Source: Octopus bimaculoides (Eukaryota). Taken from it: 64,000 nt of DNA. Shown here in pieces: positions 51,550 to 64,000 of the stretch (position 1 is its first letter; the number at the start of each line of letters is the position of its first letter). The position numbers and the translations under genes are program-made. The notes below the pieces were generated by a model that was not told the DNA's origin, did no database searches, and was given only the letters and a program-made list of their open reading frames with translations. The stretch lies in contig NC_068983.1 of NCBI RefSeq assembly GCF_001194135.2, positions 65,213,541-65,277,540 of the forward strand, in the 5' to 3' direction.

Positions 51550-51589
51550 GATTGTGTATGTGTCTGTGTTTGTATATGTGCGTGGCTTA

Positions 51590-51850
51590 GTGTTTAGTTT
51601 ATTCGGCTCACGATCGTAAGATTGTAAGCGTGATTCCCGACGGTGAGCAAGACACTATCTTTCACGATGCTGTAGTAAACTCAGTTGGCAAAAATGATTA
51701 GTACCCGTATATCAAAGGTCCAGCGTTGTCACATTGTGTATAACGCTCAGTCTTCCTGAGAACTATGTTAAGACTACAAGTATGTGCGGAATGCTCCGCG
51801 ACTTGTACTCTAAAATCAAGAGCAACCTCGGGCACAGATTAGATCATCTG
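51590..51850 (+). mobile_element. tRNA-headed SINE family C
   Basis: A-box-like gtggcttagtg, then tgagcaagacact..ttcac..tgct...actcag.tgg.aaaaatga core. Confidence 0.65.
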
Positions 51851-52467
51851 GAACCCGTGTCGACATAACCGACAAAGCACCAGTATATATANNNNNNNNN
51901 NNNNNNNNNNNNNNNNNNNNNNNNNNNNNNNNNNNNNNNNNNNNNNNNNNNATATATATATATATATATATATAAATATATACATGTCTGGGTGCGTGTA
52001 TGTCTGCATGTGTGTGTGTGTGTGCGTGTGTGTGTGTGCGTGCGTGCGCTAGTAGAGTGAAGATTATTTATGCAAGTACGAGGTGCAAGGATAAAATGCC
52101 CGAGAACTTCATAACATTCCAACTAACACTAATAATGCAGTAACTTCTCTCACTTCACTCTCTACGTTTCTCACCTTCTCATTTTCATATTTACTCTCAT
52201 AGAGTTAAGACAACACATTTTTGCTTTCAAGAAAGAATTCTTTACTGGTGCTATTTTTTAAATGACGTACTGAAACATCATTTTCTGGCTAATAAAGTCT
52301 GGTTTGAAAGATTTAAATTGCGCTTCAATGTTTCAACACAAATATGATTGATGAAGATATCCATTCTTATTCAGAAGTTACTATTAAATATCCTGAGTAG
52401 TCACCGATGGAGTGAGTTATGCATCAGAGCAATGTCCATGAAACTGTATTTTTCTAAACGATCATAC

Positions 52468-53552
52468 CTCCTAGAACTTTCTTCTCGGGAAGAAAGGAAA
52501 TCGATACCGGGATTTAAAGCTACACCGTCTGACACTTCTTCTGGGTGGAAATCTCACTGATTATATGAAATGAAATATCCCAGTTCTTCAAAAGTTATGC
52601 AAGTTTAATTTGCTTTGATGTTGTATTCAAATAAACAGTTATCGTCGTGTACATGTCTTTTCGAAGAGCGATTCACAATCAATTTTCGTCCTGCTGTACA
52701 CAATACAGTGCTAGACATATTTCGAACGAATCTTTGCTATGTTAAGATAGTGAATCGAATCAGCCATTGAAAATATATTATCTTTCTGATAATGTAAGAG
52801 AAGATTATATCCTCATGATAACGTCTTTTCTCCAGCCAATAAATATGCGAGTTTATGAGATACTAAATACAGTTTGTCCATGCTCTTGAAGTCGTTTATT
52901 CGAATACAGAGTTAAGCTCAACAAATGAGAGATAATTTGCACTCTGAATTCGAATACTAATGAGGCCCACCTTACCCTTCGAAGCTGAGGTAAAACTTGC
53001 TCTTTTCAATGCTCGTGAAACCTTCTTTTCTTCTATGCGTTACCACCTGGATATCTCTGTAAGTTCATAAGACACTTGAAAACATGTTAGCGTCGGTTCA
53101 TGCATTGCACCTAAAATAAATAGTGAAAGCATTATTCATGCTGCCCTGACATACTCGCTTGCATGCGACTATTGCAGTGTATGTATTTCTTCCAGTAGCC
53201 GCAAATGAAGTGTGCTTCATCACGGTGCAACAGGAATGTCATGTTTCCGTTAGATCTGACGGTTTCTCAATTTCGCTTATGGTACTTCGCTGCCTATAGC
53301 ATGTTGTAGTTGATTTTGTGTTCTCTGCTAATCCATGGAAATTTTAAGATTTTGTGATATGGCTTGGTGTTGAACACAATAGCTGTGGCCAGTGATGTAT
53401 ACACTAGACCGAGAAGCAATGGTAGAGATTAAATGCACCTATAAAACTCTTACTTGTTCTTCTGTCAAGGTATGAAGTAAATTGGACCACAATGGTGGTT
53501 TTGTACCTGTCTCTTCAAAAGCCCAAGATTTTCTCCGATTCATGAGAATTTC
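52468..53552 (-). CDS. Cluster of three candidate exons (53454-53552, 52976-53046, 52468-52552)
   Basis: Open, protein-like frames ending at strong donors CAA|gtaaga, AGG|gtaagg and GAG|gtatga; acceptors are weak and the phases of the last two do not join cleanly. Confidence 0.25.
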
Positions 53553-54026
53553 CTCAGTACATTAGTTGAAGGGAACAGCCTTGTCCCCATTAAAAGAATG
53601 ATTTTGCCAGAGGTTTTGTACCTTATTGCTTATTTCATAATATCAGCTACATTGGATACAATTTACGAAAAATTACTGTCCTCCACGTCATCATTAGAAA
53701 AAGTGGCAGGTGGATTTCGTCTCACTGAGAGTCATCTATTTAATCTTCTTTGTTGTAAGAATCAGATTAACATTCTCAACATAAACCAGCAAGTCTTTCG
53801 CGTGATACATTGAAACCTTGTATAAGTAAGATGATTAGCATGTTAACTTGTATAGGTTAGGAAGATACAGATTCTGCTGATTTCTTGATCACTTCTGCCT
53901 ATTGGTCAGGGCGAGGACATAGACTTTCCTTCATTTCTTCTCCTTTGTGACTTTCAGGGACTGAATCATTTGCGTGTGTGCAAACATGTGTTTTGATGTG
54001 TCTCTATATATATATATTTGTGTGCG

Positions 54027-54085
<59 letters not shown>

Positions 54086-55268
54086 NNNNNNNNNNNNNNN
54101 NNNNNNNNNNNNNNNNNNNNNNNNNNNNNNNNNNNNNNNNNNNNNNNNNNNNNNNNNNNNNNNNNNNNNNNNNNNNNNNNNNNNNNNNNNNNNNNNNNNN
54201 NNNNNNNNNNNNNNNNNNNNNNNNNNNNNNNNNNNNNNNNNNNNNNNNNNNNNNNNNNNNNNNNNNNNNNNNNNNNNNNNNNNNNNNNNNNNNNNNNNNN
54301 NNNNNTATATATATTTACATACACACGCGCGCGCACACACACGCTAATAAACATAATGTGACAATCATCCTGAAATTAATTTTAGATCTCAACTGTTAAT
54401 TTTGCTTTTATTTGGTTATTTGGTTAATGTCACTGCTCCTGTGTATGTGTGCAGGAAACTGCGTATCCATATGTGTGTAGCACTGTGTGGGTATGCGTAA
54501 CAATGGTCCACCAGATATTCAGGAAAAATTTTGTTTATTATACATTATTCCACAAATTGTATTATACAACGTAAATGAAATTTTGAACAACGTGTACATA
54601 TAAATATCTCTCTTTCTCTCTCCACCTATACGCACATACATACATGCATACATACATACATACATACATACATAATACATACATACATACATACATATAT
54701 GTGTGCATGCGTGAATTCGTGTTGGTATGCATTTGTATCTTCGTTTGCGCGAATGTTTCTCTGTGCGTGCGTTTACACACGTACTCGGAAGCGCACTTCA
54801 AACATACACACACATGTAGAAACATACGCAGACAAACACAAACTCACACACGCGCTATATTTTGTAGATGGCACTAAATTGGTTTTCTAAGATATCGGAA
54901 TTGATTAACTTATTACAACACTCCTATCGGCTGTTGCAATATATTGTAGATTATAAATATCACTTTGATTTATAATATAGAAACCGACATGATATTTAAT
55001 CAGCACGCTGCTTAATATGGGATATCACTTTTCAGTCAAGTGGAAAAGACGTACGCTAGATGGCAACCGGGTATATTAGACGATTAATCAAGAATTCATA
55101 ATTTCCTGTCCATCGTCATTATTTGAAATTTATCAATATGAAAATGTACGAAAACAGATAACTTTCATATATACATATGCAAACACACTCTCACACTCAC
55201 GCACACACACAAACACACATATCTGTATAGATATATGATCTATATGTGTATATATACACGTATATATG

Positions 55269-55305
<37 letters not shown>

Positions 55306-55478
55306 NNNNNNNNNNNNNNNNNNNNNNNNNNNNNNNNNNNNNNNNNNNNNNNNNNNNNNNNNNNNNNNNNNNNNNNNNNNNNNNNNNNNNNNNNNNNNNN
55401 NNNNNNNNNNNNNNNNNNNNNNNNNNNNNNNNNNNNNNNNNNNNNNNNNNNNNNNNNNNNNNNNNNNNNNNNNNNNNN

Positions 55479-55518
<40 letters not shown>

Positions 55519-55934
55519 TGTATATATACGTATATATATACATACATTCGTACATATATATATATTCATACATATATGCTAGTGTGTATTTGGAACCACA
55601 CATGATTCAATAATGATGTCTATAAGTGAATAGTAGTGTTTTTTAATTGATGGGAATGCTTAAACTACGAAAATCAGTGAGATACAATAGATGTATGGAG
55701 GAAGCACATTACAGATGTCAGCGGACAATTTGGTTTTGAAAAGTTTAACTTGTTTTGTTCATGAATAATTGCTTTTAAAGAAAAGTTGGGTATGGCTGAA
55801 ACGTTCGTAGGCTGATTTTAAAGGGGTGACATTGACTATGAAGGCTGAAAATGAAGAATTAATACCTTCCTATTAATAATTGCATTTTTTGTTCTTTTTT
55901 AAACCAATAGGACTGAAACTATTCAGAGAATATT

Positions 55935-56600
55935 TCTCCTTAAAATTCACAAAATTTAGCATCGTGTTATCAAGTGCCTGCAGCAAACGGGATTAGTCTT
56001 CAAGGACATTCATGCAGATATTGCCGCTACATTAATAGGTGACGCTGAAGCTTTAATGGTAGAGCAAAAGTGAGCAGCTGAATTTAGGAAGGGAAGGGAG
56101 TCTTGAAGAAGATAAAGGTCTGGATGTCCAGCCACTAGCATCACCATGGGAAATATTGATTGTATACACTACATGGTGATAAATAACAAGCGATTGCCAA
56201 TGCTATTTGCATATCCCCTGGGATAGCTGATAATATTCATAAAATGAACTCGGCATAAGGAATGTTTCTGCTCGGAGGATACCACGTTATTCTGACATTT
56301 GATCAAAGGCGCAACAGGCTGGTCACATCACGGGAACAGGCTAATCACATCCAACAAGTCTCCTTGAACGTTTCGGATGTGTTTCGGAAGCCCAGGATGA
56401 GTGTTGTTTCATAACACTTTGAGTCAACGACAAAGAAATAATCCATGCAATGGAAACACCTCTCCTTGCCTGCTCCAAAGATGGTCATTCTTGTTTCAGC
56501 TGCACTGAAGGCGATTGCCTCTATTTTATTGGATGCAAATAGCATTGTTTAGTGATTATCTTCAGACGAGCTACACCATCAATGGAAAGTAGTTTTCCAA
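55935..56600 (+). mobile_element. Mariner transposase relic (HTH and first half of the catalytic domain)
   Basis: RVIKCL...DIHADIAATL...AAEFRKGR.SLEED..SG.P; ELG.R.VSAR..PR.LTFDQ; SMQWKH..PAPK; ASI.LDA..I..DYLQ...TING; many stops and frameshifts. Confidence 0.88.
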
Positions 56601-58574
56601 TATCCACTTGCAGTTATGAAGGTTGTCAATGACACTCATGTCATTGAATACATACTTATCACGAAATATATTGGGAACATTCCCATCAAAACTAATACAA
56701 GGCAACTGATACTGTCTGTAACAGAAGGGAAACATTACTGATGATTAGTTTTGCCTTTACGTTTGTCAATAATTTCACCGAGAGCAACTGCGCCACTATA
56801 CATTCAACCAAAATGTAATATCACTCCAACAGTATATGAACATATATATGGGCATATATGAAATCACCGTGCCGCCGAGCCTGTTGTGATGGCCACTTAA
56901 TGTATGACATATCCATCATTTGAAATTGTAATACAGCCAGAAACATTAAATTATCTGAAAACTCTTAACTATGCAGAGCCGCTACTTCTTAAGAAATTTC
57001 TGGACTTACGATTAACTATGTGATGGTCAATTCGAATTTTTCTGATTCCAAATTGTTGTTCCCAGTTCAAAATCCCCCATTCGACTTTTGTTGAGAGGAG
57101 AATGATCGTAATGAACACTGCTGCTATTCAAGGACGAGTAAAAGATTTTTATGATGATATGAATTTTCGTGTTTAGATGCTGTTGCAGGTTATAACAGGA
57201 AACTATTTCTCTATAAATTAATAACTACGGAAACTTAATATCGTCAAGACGGGAGAGTCAACAAAGCCGTATTGGTCTAGATGAAGCGAACTCCTGTACT
57301 TTTACAGTCTGTTATTTCCAGCACTACTATGTGCTATATGCAGTGAAGTCAATCGATTATTTTCAGTACGGATTCCATTCCTAAGACAAGTATAGTAGTT
57401 ATATGATTGTGGAAGAATCATACGTGGAAAATCTGTTTCAATTTCTCTGTAACAGACATATATTCCCTCTCTATCAATCCCAACTGAAGCATCTTTCATC
57501 GTGGTATCGATTTCACAATCTAGAGATATAGCCTAAATAGAACAGAGCTGCTAAGCTACAAACCAAAATACGTTAAACTATAACTATTTCATTGTACAGT
57601 ATATTTTGTCTAATGTTCCTCTCCTCTTGAACTGGGTGTAAACAGCACCTGAGTTTCCTTCAAACCTATTAGAAGGTACTGGAGAAATGTATGTGTGCAG
57701 ATGATTTAGTACAAGCATGATTAGCAAACGTAAAATGTAGGGAGGCAAACAAACGGAGGAGACATGCCCCGATGAGTTACTATGATGCGTGAAGCATCCA
57801 GCTTTGCAGTATTTCTGAATACCAACCTTTATCGAAGAAAAGAGGTGTTGTTGCAGTGTGAACGCTTAATTGATCGCTATTACTTCCATTTCAGAGAGGC
57901 AGTGTTGTCGTGATTGTGTATTGTGACCAATTGATACCATCTCGTTCATTTGGAGCTAGGCTGGAACCCCTATTCTTACGAATAGGAACAGCAAAACACA
58001 TTTACAGTGTTCTATATATAAAGAGTTGTTCTAGTTGAGCACTAAATGAGCGAGTCTGCATCTAACACTCAGGAAGCAATATCCTGTCAGAACACCGGAT
58101 CTGATCGATCGTTCATATTGAAAGCTGAGTTCTAATTGCTTTTACTTATAAAGTCTCTCTATAGGATGTTTCTCACAAACATGCACATACAGACTCACAC
58201 ATAAATAGATAGACACAAACACACAAATTATTAAGGCGGCTATTCGCAATTCAGAACCCCTAGGTAAGAAGTACAGTCGTCATTAAAGTAAGGGAGGGGG
58301 CTACTAAGCACCACCATTGCTAGAAATAAGAGTAAACGCAACTCTTAGCCACGTGAGAGCGTTTTTCTAAGGCTAACAAGAGAGACAGACTCCCTCTCTG
58401 CATCAAGCGAGATGGAAGCATATCGGCGCTAATTTCAGATTTAATCAATTTTTATCACTGAACCATTACTCCGTCACCAAGAGCTAACGAACTTAGGTCA
58501 ATCCCTCAGCCTTATAGACATTACCATAGGAAATATCGACAGATTTCGAAAATGGTGAAGTGACAATTATAAGT

Positions 58575-58880
58575 TATTAAGTTGGCTATTCACAGTTTAA
58601 AATCGATAGCCAATTTAGAACCGCTGGGCAAATGTTTTATGTTGTATCCCCAGGCTGCCCAAAGCCATGTGAGGGGATTTGGTAGACGGAAACTGAAAAT
58701 AGCCCGTCGTATATATTCATATTTCTATGTGAGTGTGTGTGGCTTTGCGTCTATGTTTGTCACCCACCACCGCTTCATTATCGGTGTTAGTTCATTTACA
58801 TCTGCGTAAATTAATGTTACGGTAAAAGGCACGAGCAGAATAAGTACCAGTCTTAAAGAAAAAGTAATGGGGTTGATTTA
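58575..58880 (+). mobile_element. SINE family B copy followed by a family A-type tail
   Basis: tgggcaaatgttt...caaagccatgtgaggggatttggtagacggaaactgaaaatagcccgtcgtata; aataagtaccagt...ggggttgattta. Confidence 0.75.
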
Positions 58881-58918
58881 TTCAACTAATTTTTTTCAGC
58901 GTGGGAAGAGGAATGAAC

Positions 58919-59341
58919 AACAGGGTGAGCGTACACATCTACATACACAGATACAAGCATATATACACACAGGTATGAGACTAATTCTCAGCCAGACTCA
59001 CAGCGAACTCCCTTAAAGAGGGCGTATTATTCATGAGGTCGCCAATAGCATACATTTGTGAGTGTATGCGCATTAGCCATCCGAGACCTCTTTATAGTTT
59101 TTGCTCTTTCTTTAAGGTCAGTTCGGTCTCAGACTTTCTGGAACTTGTTTGTCATCCCGTAATGGGTTATGAGTAGAATTGATATGTGGGAAGGGGGAAG
59201 CAGGACAAACAACAGGGTGAACGTACTAATCTATATACACAGATACAAGCATATATACACACAGGCATGAGACTAATTTTCAGGCAGACTCAAGGCGAAA
59301 TCATTTAAAGAGGGCATAATATTCATGAGGTCGCGAATAGC
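58919..59341. repeat. Direct duplication of a 131-bp unique segment (58919-59049 and 59211-59341)
   Basis: Both copies read aacagggtga...agatacaagcatatatacacacagg...attcatgaggtcgc.aatagc; offset 292 bp. Confidence 0.95.
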
Positions 59342-60480
59342 GACGAAAAACGTGACAAACCAGCAACCGATTGCGTTTTTGACGAGCACATTAAACAAAT
59401 GATCGGTCAGTTAGCTTGTTAGGTATTTAATCAATTTAATAATAAAAAAAGCGATATTTATTCAGTGAGGCTGCTATTATTGGCGTAATGAACATCCCAA
59501 GACAAGATTTGTTTCAAGTCACAAACTCAGATATAGAATTTTGCAAACCAAATACAAAATCCTGTATTTTTTAATTGATACTTTCAAGAAGTTGAATGTA
59601 TCGCAGTCAATGGCGGTAAACTTGAAGTACCTATGAATACGAATCAGACTGGTTTGAATAATACACACACACACACACACACACGCGAACACGCACATAC
59701 ACGCGCACACACGCACGCACACNNNNNNNNNNNNNNNNNNNNNNNNNNNNNNNNNNNNNNNNNNNNNNNNNNNNNNNNNNNNNNNNNNNNNNNNNNNNNN
59801 NNNNNNNNNNNNNNNNNNNNNNNNNNNNNNNNNNNNNNNNNNNNNNNNNNNNNNNNNNNNNNNNNNNNNNNNNNNNNNNNNNNNNNNNNNNNNNNNNNNN
59901 NNNNNNNNNNNNNNNNNNNTATATATATATACATACATGTATGGATATGTATATCAATATATACAAATACACATGCATAGTGTAATAATAGTTGTTATAT
60001 CAAAAGTAGGATAAAAGTGATCTGCTTGATATCCAACGATGACAAGGTTTTCGAGATAATACATTTACTTGAATACATTTTTGTGTTATTATTCCTGCAG
60101 ATACAATGTTAAATATTTTTTAATCATACTGAATTTATATATCTTGCAAACGTTTACACTTGCAGCTGCGTTTAAATGGCAAATAATTATTCAGCACAAA
60201 ATGCCATTGAAGGAAGAAAAGTGAAATAATGTTGAACAAATTTCGTCTCTTGCCACTATATGTGATTCCTTTTAGCGCTTCCTCAATTTAAAATTTGTTC
60301 ATGTTTTTCCTGTATATATATAATATGGCCAACACCTTCAGTAATACACGGAAATCACAACTAAATGCGGAAACTGAAGAGAATAACAATACGTTGCGAA
60401 GATTGATGTGTATATATATATATGCTGTTCTTATATAATTTTTACTTGCATGCATACATATATACATACATAAATGTATG

Positions 60481-60512
<32 letters not shown>

Positions 60513-60695
60513 TATATGTATGTATATGTTTGTGAGTTTAAGTATGCATACGTGCTTACGCAAGCTGTGTATGGGTGATATTTTGAGTTGAAAGCAGTAA
60601 TATATATGGACGTCTAATGCTGCTAAATATTTTTCGACTAAATAGTACGTCATAATATTCAACTGTATCTCTCTCTATATCCCTATCTCTCTCTC

Positions 60696-60744
<49 letters not shown>

Positions 60745-61051
60745 ATATATATATATATATATTGATACATACGTATACATGCATGTATTTACACTCACAC
60801 ACAGACGTATATGTATGTGTATATATATNNNNNNNNNNNNNNNNNNNNNNNNNNNNNNNNNNNNNNNNNNNNNNNNNNNNNNNNNNNNNNNNNNNNNNNN
60901 NNNNNNNNNNNNNNNNNNNNNNNNNNNNNNNNNNNNNNNNNNNNNNNNNNNNNNNNNNNNNNNNNNNNNNNNNNNNNNNNNNNNNNNNNNNNNNNNNNNN
61001 NNNNNNNNNNNNNNNNNNNNNNNNNNNNNNNNNNNNNNNNNNNNNNNNNNN

Positions 61052-61086
<35 letters not shown>

Positions 61087-61489
61087 CATACATAATCTTT
61101 AACATATTCTGAATACGCATGGAAATTTATTCTTGTAATTAGATTTCCCTGAGGTTTTGTACTACATTATCTATGAGTTATGTATTTAAACATAAAGTAG
61201 TTTCTACTGAGATATACATTTTATTATTATTTTTTTAATTTTTAGTCGGTAATATTTTCAAATTCTTCCCACGGCTTTGAAAGTAATCCACCGGGACTAT
61301 ATATTGTTGGAATTAAACATGATATGTTTTGTGTATGGTAATTTTGTGAGATATTAATTAAATAACTTATTTTGTCTTTACAAATATGAGTTATGAAAAT
61401 CTCAAAAGATATTCATGTGAAAAAGAAAATGTATTAGAAACTTACAGAACCAGGTCAGGTTTTGTCAAACCGGTGTAGCAAATTTTGTT

Positions 61490-61660
61490 ACAATTCCAGC
61501 AATTTCACGTGTGCAGATATGTCGATTATTCAACTGGTACTTATTTTATCCTTCACTAACACAAAGTTAACTTCTGTGTAATCTAAACTCAGAACGTTCA
61601 GACGGGCGAAATTCCGCTATAAATTTTGCACGGCGGGCTAACGATTCTACCAGCTCGCTG
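61490..61660 (-). mobile_element. SINE family A copy
   Basis: ...actggtacttattttatcc...aactcagaacg...gctaacgattctaccagctc. Confidence 0.75.
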
Positions 61661-61696
61661 CTTTCTAATACAATATCATTAAGACGATGATAAAGT

Positions 61697-61880
61697 CGGT
61701 GAGTTAGTAGAATTGTTATCATGCAGCGTAAAATTCGTTACATTCTAAGTTGAAATTACGCCGTAGTTAACTTCGCCTTTCATCCTTTCAAGTTCGATAA
61801 ACAATTACAGGATGGGACCTAGATGTGCTCGACTAACCCCTCTCTCGAAATGGCTGGCTTGTTGCTAAAATTTGAGACCA
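61697..61880 (+). mobile_element. SINE family A copy (diverged)
   Basis: gagttagtagaattgtta...cattctaagttgaaatt...ttcgcctttcatcctttc...ttcgataaa. Confidence 0.7.
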
Positions 61881-63889
61881 ATATTAATGCGAATGAATGC
61901 TGAGAGTTTTCATCGTGGACACAGATTTTTCAAAACAAAAGTTTTAGTAGAAGCTCTTCTCCTTTATACTGCAAAAAGCCGTGAATTTCACACATTTTCA
62001 CATTAGCCAGAGCGGCATTCCTTTTGAATCACAGCTACTTTCAAGTATGTGAAGTGATTTTAAACGAGCATCCTTTTTTGTTTTGTGTTGATACAACTTC
62101 AGTATTAAACTTGTTATCCCTATAATGATGGCTTATGAAGAAACAGAAGGTATTGAATATTATTTCTAATATAATATCTTAAAAGAAATGGTGTATTATC
62201 AAATGCATTTCGGCCGTGAACATCCTGTGCTAGAAGTTATTTACCGACAGATGTATTAAGAAACCTTCATTAAGGCAGTCACAATCAAAATAAGTACCCT
62301 AATTATCTGTTTCAATGAAAGTGCTAGAGGTATTGAAAGAACTAATTACCGATCTATTATTGCTTGCTTCCAAATATATATTTAATTACACAGTAACATA
62401 TTGATCCAAAACATCAAATATTTGGAGATCAATGACTTTTCTCTAAAATGTTTGAACACTTTAAACTTTCGTAATAAATCGTTTATCTACATCTGAATTA
62501 AAGATAGAATGACTGCATGGATAATTTATTGGTCTACAAATTTATGGGGCGTGATTACACAACTGGCAGTGACTTTTAGTTGCTTCTGTTAGGAAGAGAA
62601 ATATGTTGGCTAATTTTTAATTTTTGATACCTCTGCAACCACTGATGGGCGATGCCTATGATCAGAGAAATTCTAGGTATCATGTATTTCATATATTTAG
62701 TAGATTCTTTCTAAAACTATATCATGCAATTTGGCAGTATTTCTCTGTTATTTCTAATGGATCATCATATGCTTTACCGGTTTCGCTTTCTGATGCATTA
62801 TCACAGGTTTTTCAATTTTAGAGAATAAGTATGATAATATTGATACTTGTTACATGTCATAACTATAAACCAATTCTCCAAATAGCCACTCCACCTTAAA
62901 TTAATAGAGTTAAATAGTTACTAGAGGCTTTGACGTACTATCTTTGAAGGGCAATTGTATATAAACATAACAGAGACACCTTTTATGTGATACATCTTTT
63001 CAGTCGTCAGACATAAAATCAACAGCAAATTTTTGGCTGATTTCTCTGTACTTTTAATAGTACGGAAATCAATTTTTAATGCTGGTACCGAGAATTATAT
63101 TTGTCTGGAAGGAGGTGAAATGTTTAACTGCATAATATAACGTTCCTTTCTCGAAAGGATAAAAATAACTCGCTGTATTTAATGATGTTTGCCTTCTCAC
63201 ATAGATCACATTATTTTCAATTACATTTATTGTAATAAGCTCTCAAGACGCTTTCAGTCTCATAAAGACGTAAAAGATAAACATTGTTGATAAGAAATAA
63301 GATGCTCTGAAAAGTATTGTACGTCGTTTAACTGGCCAAAATTCAGAATACAAGGTTGATCTTTCTCCTGGTTGTCATTTAAAATCAGGTAACGAAATGT
63401 CATATTTTATCTTTCTGAACCACTTTTAGAACCAAATTGAAGCGTAATGACAAGTTTGATAAATACCGAAAGTGATTTATAGAACCATTCAATGAGCGAT
63501 CGAAATGTCAGTGTTAATTCACATTCAAGAAGATAAATAACAGAAGATATTGCATGCTCTACGAAATTTAGATACTTTTTTTATCTTAAAATTATAAACA
63601 AAGCTGAGAGAAAATGTTTGAAATGCTGTAAACGAAAGGAGCACATTTGTTATATTACTATACATTTGCTTCTTGATACATTGAATCGAGTAAGCGTCTG
63701 CATTGTTAATTATTTCAGCATCCTCAAAGTGATAAATGTGTTATTAATTCTTGCAGTTGAAACTGAAGATAAGGATTGAAGCAAATAACTGAAATGTTCT
63801 CTCGATATCACATAGTTTTGTAAAGTTTCGTTCATATTTAGCATTTCTTTACTGATTAATGTTCCTATATACAAATATATATACAGCTT

Positions 63890-63990
63890 GGTACATTAGG
63901 CAAGTATCTTCTACTAATGCCTCGAGTCAACCACAGCCAGGCGAGTGGATTTAGTAGATGGAAACTGAAAGAAGCATGTCGTATATATAG
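63890..63990 (+). mobile_element. SINE family B fragment
   Basis: gagtggatttagtagatggaaactgaaagaagcatgtcgtatata. Confidence 0.75.
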
Positions 63991-64000
63991 ACACATGTAT

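Noticed and set aside
63302-63389. Candidate exon DALKSIVRRLTGQNSEYKVDLSPGCHLKS ending at CAG|gtaacg
   Set aside because: The donor is good but the only possible acceptor is purine-rich (ataagaaataag) and there is no linking evidence.

Overview
AT-rich, gap-ridden eukaryotic genomic DNA, dense in (TA)n/(CA)n/(GATA)n/trinucleotide microsatellites and short interspersed repeats. The repeat landscape resembles an octopus (coleoid cephalopod) genome; this is an inference from remembered repeat sequences, not a database hit. No intact long ORF, rRNA, true tRNA or CRISPR array is present, and almost all long ORFs in the track are microsatellite or N-gap artefacts. Supported content is decayed mobile DNA: two R4/Dong-like LINE relics, RTE-like and CR1/L2-like RT fragments, three Penelope-like (RT/GIY-YIG) relics, a mariner relic and a mariner MITE, two relics of a DDE transposon (PPLHIKLG / SDEQGERFHQD type, tentatively Sola3-like) and many tRNA-derived SINE copies. 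The most striking observation is a tRNA-headed SINE (12568-12878, second copy ~19281-19520) whose tail folds as a minimal type I hammerhead-ribozyme-like motif of the kind known from Penelope-like elements, and which has an inverted terminal segment and a 13-bp target duplication. Several short candidate exons of an unidentified intron-rich gene and an RFX X-box-like motif are also present, but the strand and identity of the gene cannot be resolved by eye.
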